Positions 1 to 9,700 of a stretch of DNA of 42,656 nt are shown in pieces (positions within the stretch are counted from its first letter, which is position 1; the number at the start of each line of letters is the position of its first letter). The stretch is taken from contig JALAGF010003861.1 in the NCBI GenBank assembly GCA_030167865.1, positions 1-42,656 on the forward strand. The letters run 5' to 3'. The stretch comes from Craspedostauros australis (taxonomy: Eukaryota). The translations under genes and the position numbers were made by a program. The notes beneath the pieces are model-generated. The model ran no database searches. It was not told where the DNA came from and was given only the letters and a program-made list of their open reading frames with translations.

Positions 1-670
1 GATGCTGTCCATACTGAATCTCAGTTCCATGTCACAGAAATGTCCACGATGTGCCAGACAGTACAGTATGAGCAGCAATCCCATTTCATAGGATACCAAG
101 TATCGGTTCTTGACCTGAATGCATGCAGGGTCATTCTCATCGGACACTGCCTGGAACTTTGGCCAGAGACGGTCAGCCAAGCATTGGAGGTAGCATGCTC
201 GGAAGCCGAAGTGAGGAATAGCTTCAGTGTCAGCCAATTCTGAGATGGCAATGTTTCTGTTTGTATACAAAGGAGGAGGACCCAATGGACCGAGATAGAG
301 CTGCTGCATTTCCAGCACATGGCGGCCTAATGCAATAATGTGACTGTAGTACTCCACAAGAATGGTGACACCAGTGTAGTTCAGACCCTGCACATCAATC
401 TGCGAAAGCTGATTCACAGCCTCAACAAATCGATCGTGGGCTTCTTGCAATGCTTGCCTTTTGGGAAGGGAGTTCCAAATATGCAGCACCATTAGAAAGA
501 GAAGGACCAGCTATAGTGTGTGGAGAAAGGTTGTATATGCGAAAGCGTGGTGAATGCGGAAGAATTGAAGGAACCGCGAGTATAGCATCAAGTGCAGTGT
601 GGAGGAAATCTGTCATGCAGGTACCAATAACCGGAAGGAGGTGATGTGTCGACAGAGGCATCAACAAATG
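1..670 (-). mobile_element. Degenerate PIF/Harbinger (ISL2EU-like) DDE transposase, N-terminal part; the element continues beyond the left edge
   Basis: The minus-strand frame is open from 510 to 1 (ATG at 492). It reads ...NIAISELADTEAIPHFGFRACYLQCLADRLWPKF...IQVKNRYLVSYEMGLLLILYCLAHRGHFCDMELRFSMDSI. This matches the Harbinger N-terminal pattern 'FRF...l..l...L...i...nR......eal.i.L.RLa....f.Dm...FG'. In-frame stops lie upstream (TAG 513-511, TGA 615-613, TGA 663-661) and the region is CpG-depleted. The DDE core is not in the window and no TIR was identified. Confidence 0.72.
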
Positions 671-1580
671 TGATGTTCTTCAGCACGAATCACACCGAAC
701 GTGACTAAATTAATCGAAATGTTTTGGCGCGAACGCAATATCGCTCGAGTTAATCCAAGCAGGATTATGTCACGAATCAGTCCTGTACAGTTTTCGTGCT
801 CGAGATTCAATGCGAACCGCGACATGACACAGGGGCCGGGGGAACAGAATGCGAAAGTCCTCTATTTGGATGTAATTAATGTCGTCAATAAAGATATTAT
901 CTGATGGGCGGAATGAGATCCGTGAACAACGTTCGAACCCGTTTGACGATTTGCATGCTTCGGAGTGCGTCATCGACTGTCCTGCTTCCAACCGATCGAG
1001 CTCGAGGTACTACACGAGGAGTCACAGCACGTCTCCATCAAGACCAACAACGATGAGTACTCCATGGTATTAGCGCGATTCTCCTCGATTTGGCCGACTG
1101 GTGCCGACGTGGCCGTGGTGGGCGTGAGAGGCAGCTTGCACGAACGCGTGGACTGGTGTTTGGCGAAATCCCGAGAAGCGCACAACGTGCTCGTCGAGTG
1201 CGCGTGGGCGAGGTGTCGTTGTTCTTGTCGGAGGACGCTCCAAATTCTGGAGTAGGCAGCGGGCGACGAAGAAGTCACAGCTGAGCACTTTCTTTGCGAT
1301 GAGAGGATGCTGGTTCTGCATGAGGCTTGATTGTCCTCTTTGTCCTCCTCTGTGTCCGTTGCGGATTGCGTGCACTGTGCGTGATTACTGCTCTACTGGC
1401 AGTAGTGATTGTTCTTTTGGTATGTGAGTTCTACTTGAAGGGATTATTGCAGTGTTGGCCGAGGCTATTTGGAAGGGCACGCCTCGTTGACATGAATGAA
1501 TTGGGAGTATGGAATGGACGAGGTGGAAAGAGATTCTGGCGATCTGGAGGCTTGTGGGTGCAGCCATCATCGAAGAATTG

Positions 1581-2723
1581 TTAAAGGATCAATCCCTTCA
1601 TGTCGGACCATACTCCAGGGATGCTCACGCTTGCCTTTTCGGCGTATGGTGGGGTCACCGTACGCACAGGCTGCTGTTCGATACGCGGTGACTGCATTGA
1701 TGGTGGAATCGGCGACAGCTGGCGGAAGCGCTGCTCATGCATGGAAGGAGAAAGAGCGTCCTCGTCGAGATGAGAGAGGCTAGCAGTGAGCATGTCGGTG
1801 CTGGCGCCGTCGTCTTCTTCCTTGAAGATGATATCTTCGCCATAGCTGGACAGAGAGGAAGTGCCAGCGCTGCTGTTGTCTTCTTCGTCATCGTGGCCGA
1901 TGCTGAAGGTATGCAAGCTTCCCATCCTGTCAAGGCAGTGGGAGTGGTCTGAAACTTTTGCGACCTCAATTCCCACCATGGATGTAATGGGTGGGGAATG
2001 GGCTGCGCCATGCATTGGATAGATTTTGGGATGGACGCCCGCAACTGGAATAGTGAGCGAGGTTGTTCCATCTTGCCGTAGGGCATCAGCAGCGTCGGGA
2101 TGCTGATCATCCTGTTGATCGAGAGCGTCTGCCGGAGCTCGCAGTGATTCTGTTGTTGCTTCTGAGGATTGGGATGATTCATCAAGTAGTCGTTGTTGCA
2201 ATTCCTTTCCAAAATCATTGAGACGTTTTTGTACTTTGTTGTATTTCGCTTGCGCAGACATGACAACGTAAAGCCCAGTCTTTGCTTGCCTCTTGAGGAA
2301 CCGACGGCGCGGGACGCTGCCTTCGATGTGTTTGATCAGGGCCTCACAAAATGGGCGCTTGGCTGGCTTTCTCAGAGCAGTGTACGTTCGGTAGACTTTT
2401 TCATCGATCATTTGACGGAAAGCACTGTTCCCGGTGCGCCGTCCGGTGCTGGGGTCTCGTCCTGACACTATATCGTGCTCGGTTGGCTCGATGGGTAGAG
2501 GATCGTTGTTGGTTGTCTCGCTGTGGGTGCCATCCACCGAGGTGTTCGTGTCGATGCTCATGGCGCTGAAAACGATACTTATTTCATCGCCGCTGAAATC
2601 GAAGTTTGCGAGCATGAAGCTCGTGTCGTCGTCTTGCAGGCTGAGGTTGTCACTCATATTGGAATGTGATTCCATGAGAGGGGATCGGTTGCAATGGTGT
2701 GCTATGGGATGCAATAGAGACAT
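1581..2723 (-). CDS. DUF6824-like domain protein (diatom-expanded family) with acidic, low-complexity flanks
   Basis: 380-aa ORF. The segment PTEHDIVSGRDPSTGRRTGNSAFRQMIDEKVYRTY...K...IKHIEGSVPRRRFLKR...AKYNKVQKRLND (about 2495-2215) fits the D(V/I)LxGRG...GN..FR...Y...K...I...GRFL...KV...R pattern. Alternative starts are Met17 and Met23. Confidence 0.7.
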   Translation of the reverse strand: MSLLHPIAHHCNRSPLMESHSNMSDNLSLQDDDTSFMLANFDFSGDEISIVFSAMSIDTNTSVDGTHSETTNNDPLPIEPTEHDIVSGRDPSTGRRTGNSAFRQMIDEKVYRTYTALRKPAKRPFCEALIKHIEGSVPRRRFLKRQAKTGLYVVMSAQAKYNKVQKRLNDFGKELQQRLLDESSQSSEATTESLRAPADALDQQDDQHPDAADALRQDGTTSLTIPVAGVHPKIYPMHGAAHSPPITSMVGIEVAKVSDHSHCLDRMGSLHTFSIGHDDEEDNSSAGTSSLSSYGEDIIFKEEDDGASTDMLTASLSHLDEDALSPSMHEQRFRQLSPIPPSMQSPRIEQQPVRTVTPPYAEKASVSIPGVWSDMKGLIL

Positions 2724-2981
2724 CGATTGTTGCTCTGCGGCTGTCGAATGGATGAAATTGTGTCACAAGCGCCAGTACCAAGAGGAGAACGATGTGGACA
2801 TCATTCCTTTCCTTGATACCGCGCCCGTTTGCCTTTGCCCACCACGTGCCGTATGCCATGCGTTCCACACATTGGGTATGATACGTTTGGAATCGACACC
2901 ATCTGTCTTGGATCGAACGAGCGGTGGGGCAATCCACCCGTCGCAGCAAAGTAGAGCAGACCGAAGTAGAGCAAACAGAGA

Positions 2982-3001
2982 AGAGAGAGAGAGAGAGAGA
3001 G
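2982..3001. repeat. (AG)n microsatellite
   Basis: About 10 AG units in the intergenic region between the divergent DUF6824-like and kinase genes. Confidence 0.9.
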
Positions 3002-4442
3002 GGCTCCGACAGCCCCCACAAAGAGAAAAGAACTTTAGTTGCCTTTCCTCGCACGTCTTCCATCGTTGTTCGTTCTTCCGAGTGGCAAAAATGGATGCCA
3101 TGATCGCATGACAGATTTCCACAATTTGACACGACGAGGAAGAGCGATTTATCAGAGATAATGCGTGAGACATGTGTTACGTTGCTGTTTCAGATGATGA
3201 TCGGAAGATGTCACGAGGGCATGCTTGTTGTTCGGCGTGACGAAGCACAACCTCCCAACATGATTTGGTGGCCGCGTCGCCATTTCGTTGCACCGACGTT
3301 CCCTTCGTTGTTTGTTCTCTGTGATTCGCCTTGTTCCTTGGTCCATTGTGATGGTCCCGCGGAGGCATGAGGAACAAGGCAGCGAGAAAAGTGCAGAAAC
3401 AAGAAAACAGTTGTGCAGACGTGGATGTGTCAACACAAATGAGGAAGTTCATCGGCTGTCCGTCTGCGTGATGGTGAATCGTGGACGAACTGTGAATGGT
3501 TGACACAAGAAGAGCGGAAGGGTGAATACCGACGACGGACAAAACAACGGCGCGGACAACATCAAAAGCAGACAACACCAGACGTGGATGGTGTTGATAC
3601 GCTTTTTTGATATGGAATTTTGTATCTCGTCAAGGGACACTCTTGTTTCTTTGCGTTTTGTTCGAACGGGTCGAATGTATGTTGAAGTTGGCCGACTGCG
3701 AAATGGGGGGAGCCAACAGAATCCACCCCGCAATGAGCCCACCAACGCAAAAACTGAAAAATCCAATCAAGAAACACCAAAACAACGTCGCAAGAACAAG
3801 AGAAGGAGAAGAAAAGAGAGGTGACACGCACTCCTGACAGAGGTGAGACACGAGTGTTGCCGAAAACAGCGAGTGGAGGCGACATGGTCACTCGGCCCTG
3901 TGGCTCTCGCGGCTCGCACCTCATCCCACCAAGGGAGAGACAAGGATCGAAACCGAAATCAACGGCAGCAACAAACGACAAACGACGCCGACATCAACAT
4001 CAACATCAGCTTCATTGCATTGGTGCAGCAGATCTCAAGGATTCACCATTTGGCCCAGTCCACACGGATAAGCACTGCACAACGCTCGATTGAAATCGTC
4101 CTCAAGAGACGCTGATCGAGGTGTTGGACGAGCGGCCGAGTGACGTAGATTAAGAGCAAAGTTCAACTTGGTCGTTGCGAGCTTCCGATCAGCTTGGGAG
4201 GATTCATGCGCACATACTCAAGTGCATACTAGAATAGTACATACTCCATCTGATACCAACGTCTCTATCAACACTACTACTGCGACTACGACTACTATCA
4301 TATAATATTACATTATATTGGCATTAGCGCAGTGCTATTATTCGCAGCAGCAATACTCGGGATGGCGCGAAGACCGTCGAAGAAATCGCTTCAGGAAAGA
4401 CCAGCATCGGCATCAGCTGTGTGCAAAGATACCAATTCGAGC

Positions 4443-5951
4443 ATGGCTACGATGACGACAATGATGATGATCGTGGCAGTCTGCGCCCAGCTGCTTTCGT
4501 TGCAGAGCGTCCACGCGTTCGCATCACCACCCGCGGCATCGTCCATGTCGTCATCCACCTCTTCGCGCTTCGACCGACAGTCCATCCAGCTGGAGATGGC
4601 AAGAGTGCCGGAGATCTCGCGGTGGAAGGTCACGCGCAACGGCGCCGTTCGAGGCGTTTCCAAATTCCATCCCGTCATCGATGATGGGGAGGACATCACC
4701 ACGTCTCCCCTGCGGGATCCCACGCTGTGCGCCGCCAACAAAGTCGTCAAGACGGAGTCGGGATCCAGCTACAAGCTCGTCGGCCCCAATGCGGCTCCCT
4801 TGCCGAAGATCGCGCAGCCAGCACCATCCAGCATCAACGGCGTCAACGGATCTGTCTCGTCGGGAGGCAGCGGGTTGTTCGGATTTGGAGGTGCGGACAG
4901 CAAGCAGCAGCAAAAGCAGCAGCAACAACAACCCAAGGTCAATGGATCCGCACCGGCTCAGGAATCGCAGCAAAAAGCCCAACAGCAGCAGCAGTCTCAA
5001 CAGGAAACGCCCTCGCTCACGTTGAAACGAGAACCCAAACCAGCCGAACCCACGGCCATCACCATCGGCAACGGCGCCTACATCCTCGCGGGCGTCGCCT
5101 CGCGCTCCACATCGGGCAAGTCGCAAATCTGGAAGGCCTACCGCGCCGATTCCAACGGCAAGCCCGTGGGGGAGGAACTCGTCATCAAGCTCAGCTCCAA
5201 CTACGACGCCCTCTACCGCGAGAATTACAACTACGACACCGTCTCGCCGCAGGGCCTCAGCATCGGCTTCAGCGGGGCCTTCTGCAAGAAGTACGACTTC
5301 CTCGATTACGCCGAGGCCTCCAAGAAGGGATTCGAAAAGCAATCGGCCCTCGTCCTGCAGTCGGGCCTCGTCGATCTCAAGGAGCTCCTCAGGCAGAACC
5401 GCGAGAAGGGATTGCCGCCCAAACCTCTGCGCGATGCGGCGGCCGCGGCGGGACAGTGCATCCAGGCCATGCACGCCAAGCGCATGGTCTGGACCGATCT
5501 CAAGACGGAGAACTTCGTCCTCGTGCAACCGCCCACCAATTCCGCCCTGGCCGTGCGCGGCATCGACCTCGAATCGGCGCAGCCCTTCGACGACACGCCA
5601 TCCGATTTCTCGCCCGAGGCGTGTCCGCCCGAATTCGCCGAGGCCTATCTCGGCGGCAAGGGCAGCGAGTTCATCCTCAAACCGTCCTACGATATGTGGA
5701 GTTTGGGCATGATGCTGTACGAACTGTCGACGGGCAAGCCCTACTTTTACAGACAGTCCGGCACCGCCATCACCACCACGTTGCGGGATCCCAACTTCGT
5801 CGCGGATGTCTCCGCCATCGACAACGATCCCAAATTGCGGGAGCTGGTGGCCAAGTGTTTGGAACGCAATCCGAACCAACGCCCGTCCATCACGGCCTTC
5901 CTCTTGCATCCTTACTTCACCACGACCGGAATTGGCGCGTGGACATTCTAA
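4443..5951 (+). CDS. Ser/Thr protein kinase with a predicted bipartite plastid-targeting presequence and a small N-terminal beta-rich domain
   Basis: Kinase motifs: VIKLS (beta3 Lys), ENYNY (alphaC Glu), WTDLKTENF (catalytic loop), IDLES (DFG position), SPEACPPE, DMWSLGMMLYEL, CLERNPNQRPS. The N-terminus MATMTTMMMIVAVCAQLLSLQSVHA|FASPPAASSMSSSTSSR is a signal peptide plus ASAFAP-like site plus Ser-rich transit peptide. The start is uncertain: in-frame ATGs occur at 4362, 4443 and the following Mets. Confidence 0.9.
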   Translation: MATMTTMMMIVAVCAQLLSLQSVHAFASPPAASSMSSSTSSRFDRQSIQLEMARVPEISRWKVTRNGAVRGVSKFHPVIDDGEDITTSPLRDPTLCAANKVVKTESGSSYKLVGPNAAPLPKIAQPAPSSINGVNGSVSSGGSGLFGFGGADSKQQQKQQQQQPKVNGSAPAQESQQKAQQQQQSQQETPSLTLKREPKPAEPTAITIGNGAYILAGVASRSTSGKSQIWKAYRADSNGKPVGEELVIKLSSNYDALYRENYNYDTVSPQGLSIGFSGAFCKKYDFLDYAEASKKGFEKQSALVLQSGLVDLKELLRQNREKGLPPKPLRDAAAAAGQCIQAMHAKRMVWTDLKTENFVLVQPPTNSALAVRGIDLESAQPFDDTPSDFSPEACPPEFAEAYLGGKGSEFILKPSYDMWSLGMMLYELSTGKPYFYRQSGTAITTTLRDPNFVADVSAIDNDPKLRELVAKCLERNPNQRPSITAFLLHPYFTTTGIGAWTF

Positions 5952-6719
5952 AGAGACAGAGCGAGAGCAAGAGCACGAGAATATCATGACTGTACGAGGA
6001 TGAATGCATGAGCACTCGTATAGTATGCAACCAACACCATGTCGTCATGTGATGTGCTGTGATGTGCTGTGCTGTGAAAGACTAATGTGACGTTCAGCGT
6101 GGCTCGATGCGGTGCAGTGATGGGAACTTCATTCTAGGCAATTCCAGAAAGCGAGCATCATTCAGATGATATTTCAAGGTAACGGCATCATACGAGTAGG
6201 GTACTTCAAAGAAATGGAATCACAGCATGGTCGTGCGTGACCACACGGAAAGCAATTTGGTATAATATGTTATCGCGGCGAATACCCCAGGCTTCTGCGG
6301 TGTGGCAGCAATCCAAGTCCTCGTGCAATGAAGCCATGGTGTTCTGGCATGCCAAGGTGGACAACTCGACGCACCAGCACTCTTCCACCATCAGTCTACT
6401 ATACTGCGAGCAGCAACAGCAATACCAGTGCGAAAGTACCCGTGCACTTGGCCACAGACATGAACATGAACAGAATCAAACAACCCTCAACTAATGGGAA
6501 TATTTTTATTCTATCATACTATCACTCTATGTTGCGTATTGTATAGTTTGTATGGCACCTACCGATTGTTGTGTCAACAGAATGCGGTGTTGATTGTACC
6601 ATACGAGTCCTCTTGATGCTCTTACCCATTGTGCGATCGATCGATCGATTTTCTGCCAGTCACGTATGCTGCCGATAATGCTGCCGATACCGCTGCCACT
6701 ACCATCGATCTACTCGTAT

Positions 6720-9700
6720 CTACATGATGCCAGATTCGTACGACAGCAACGACACATTGTCATCGTCTTGACGTGCCATCATGCTGGCAGCGGTCATTCC
6801 ACCAAATCCAGATGCCGCGACCGAGAATGGATTCGATCCGCTGCGTTTCGAGATGGCGGTGCGACCGCCTTGCATGGTGGAATCATCGCCATTGACGGTT
6901 CCGTCTCTGCGTTGGCGGTTGCGGTTGTTTCGTCGGCCGGCGGCACGTCGGTTGCTCTTGCGATTGTTGCCACCGTTGGGACTCATCATATCCGTTGTCC
7001 CATTCTCGTCGCCGTCATTCTCCTTGTCATTGAGACGACTGCCGTCATTATCATCGTCGTCATCGTCGTCGCCGTATCTGCTGCGCGGCAGGTCCACAAC
7101 GTCTCGGCCGTACTGACTGGCGATGGGGTTGCTGGTGTACCCCATCCGGCTGATGACCAAGCCGCCTTCCTTGGCGGCCTTCTTGGCGCGTTCCACACGC
7201 GCACGGTCCAGCCATGGGATGCGCTGACGTTCGAGGTCCTTGACTTTCGCGTTGGCACCCCATTCCTGGTAGAACTCGACCGACTTGGTGAAGTACTCGC
7301 CGATGAGCTCCGACTCGTGATGGCGCAGGAAGTACTCGCCAGCCAGTTCGCAACCCAGCGCCGCGTCTTGGATGTGGCCGGACTTCAATGCGCACGCGAT
7401 GGCATCGTCGTAGGCCTGCTTGACCTTGCGGAAGTGCTTGCGGTTGCGGCTGCTGGACGTCGTGGTGTTGCCATTCATGAGCTGCTGCAGCGTTCCAACA
7501 CCCGCGGCGACGGTCGCCACGGAGCTGGATCGCCGTTGCTTGAGTCCCTTGTATTCCGCCTCCAGCAGCAGCGTGCGATGGAGGCTGTTTTTGCCGCGCG
7601 ATTCCGACAGCTCCTTGCTCTCCTTCACCAACGCATGCAGCTGCTTCATGTACTTGCGCTTCTGCGTTTGGCGGAACATGCCCGCCATGGTCAATCCCGA
7701 GAACAGGTTGCGCAGCACGCAGATGGTGTACGCCGTGGTGTGGTCCGAGATGTCCCACAGACGTTCGGACATGGTGTCTGCGATGGAGTAACGGCCGAAG
7801 TAGACGGCGAGCTGCAACTTGGAGAGGTAGATGTTGAGGAGCTGGAACCGATCTTGGGTGGATGCCGGTGCGTCCGATGTGGGGAGGTTGTGCATCGTCT
7901 CCTTCCAATTCATGTAGTCGCTGCCCGTGAGGATGCGCAGGAACTTCTGCTGTTCTTGCGCTGCCTGGATCATGGCGGTGAGACTGTAAAGCTTGGCTTG
8001 GCCCACCATGGTGTCGAACGTGTTGGCGATGGGCGCCAGGGGGTAGCCGGCCGTGTAGGCGTGCAGGTTACACATGTACCAATTGAAGAAGCCATTTTCG
8101 AACTCCCCCGTCTCCATCGAAGACTGGTAGCCGTGCTGCAACGTCGTGATGACCTGCGTGTGCGGTTGACTCCAGCCGTAGATGAAGGACGAGATGATGT
8201 ACAGCACCCATCCCTCGAGAGCCTTGCCGTTCGTGACTTCGACCGTGCGACGCGCCAGTTTGGCAAATCGCAGCGCCATCTCCTGCGAGTTGCCCGTGGT
8301 GGCATGCCACACGGCGTAGTTGCAGAACGCCATCGCGGAGCTCTCACACAGCCCGTACTCCAGTGTGATCTCCAACGTGCGTGCCAGCAGCACCATCCAT
8401 TCCACAACGTTCTTGCTGAAGAAGGCACGGAACCCGGCCTGCACCATGAACTTCATCGTGTACAGCTTGATGGGATCCTTGAGCGTGGGCAACCTCGACA
8501 AGAATTCGTCGGGATCCGTGAAGGGATGGGAATGGAAGTAATTGCGCACCTTGACCATACCGCGCGCGGCATGCCCGGCATAAAATCGCTTGGGATATTC
8601 GTCGATGGACCACAGGACGCTGCGGAGGAACTGGAACGCCTCCTCCTGACGGTTCTGGCGGCCCATGGCCATCGCCATGGCGAAGTAGGTGGGAAGCTTG
8701 TCATTGACGCTCGTGGCGTGCTCCAGGACCTGGCATCCCAGCTCGTGGCCCAGCTCGAAGTGTCCCAACGTCAGTTCGACGTGACAGCGGGCCTGGAAGA
8801 GGCGGATGGAGAGGTCGTAGTGCACGTCGGACCACATGTCGTTGCGCAGCTTGCGGATGGCGATCTGCGCCTTTTGGAGATACGCGGCCGCTTGGATGTA
8901 GTCGGCCGTGCCGTTGTTGCCTGCCGTGGCGGCAGCATCGGGCTGGTTGAATGCTGCCATCGTGGTCATGGAACTTAGGGACGGCCCCAAGGCGCTTTGT
9001 GTTTGCGCGCTGTTGTTGCCATTGGCAGGATCGAGGTAATGCTCGCCGACGATGAGATTGAGCTGCGCCATGAGGAGGTGGTTCTTGTTGGGCACCGAAT
9101 TGAGATGATTCGCAGCGCAGACGTACATCCAATGTTTGTTGTCGTAGTTGAAGAATGGCGACGTCTTGGTGGATGCCATCTCGTAGAGCTGCATGCCCAA
9201 GCGGTAACGGAAGACGTTGCGCTCCTCACCGTAGGGTATGCAGTTGTAGGCCGCCTGCTGGATCTTCTCGCTGGGGAACTCGTAGAGGGTGCCGCCGATC
9301 TTGTTCTGGAGGTTCGATTCCAGGACGGCCTCCTCCAGGATGGACGTGAGGGTGGATTGGCCGTCACCCTGTTCCTCTTCCACGATGGTGCCGGCCGCCT
9401 TGGCCTGCGCGAGGATGTCCTTGAGGTAGGGCTGCAGCTGCGTGATGAGAGTGGAGAGGACGTCGATGTCAAAGACGAGAGACGAGGTGGTCGTGATGTA
9501 GGCCGCGACGGTGAGGGCGGTGAGGTAGGACTTTTGCTTGATTCTGGATTGTATGGATTCCACGACGGTGCTGGACATGTCCACTGCTTTGAGAGCGGAG
9601 CAGTTCCATTCCCATGCGAATGAGATGTAGGAATAGACGAGGACGTGCTTCTGCTGCAGCTCCTGCAAGGTTTGCAAGAGGCGGTGGAAATGGCCGTTGG

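Noticed and set aside
722..732. E2F-like sites (TTTTGGCGCGA here; TTTCCCGC at 14111, 34276 and 35079)
   Set aside because: These 8-mers occur at roughly chance frequency in 42 kb and are not next to recognisable cell-cycle genes.
6594..8978. 794-aa plus-strand ORF, and similar long antisense ORFs (4551-5987 -, 10773-11711 +, 24439-25218 +, 27785-28639 +)
   Set aside because: These are shadow frames opposite well-supported genes with strong codon bias. They show no motifs of their own.
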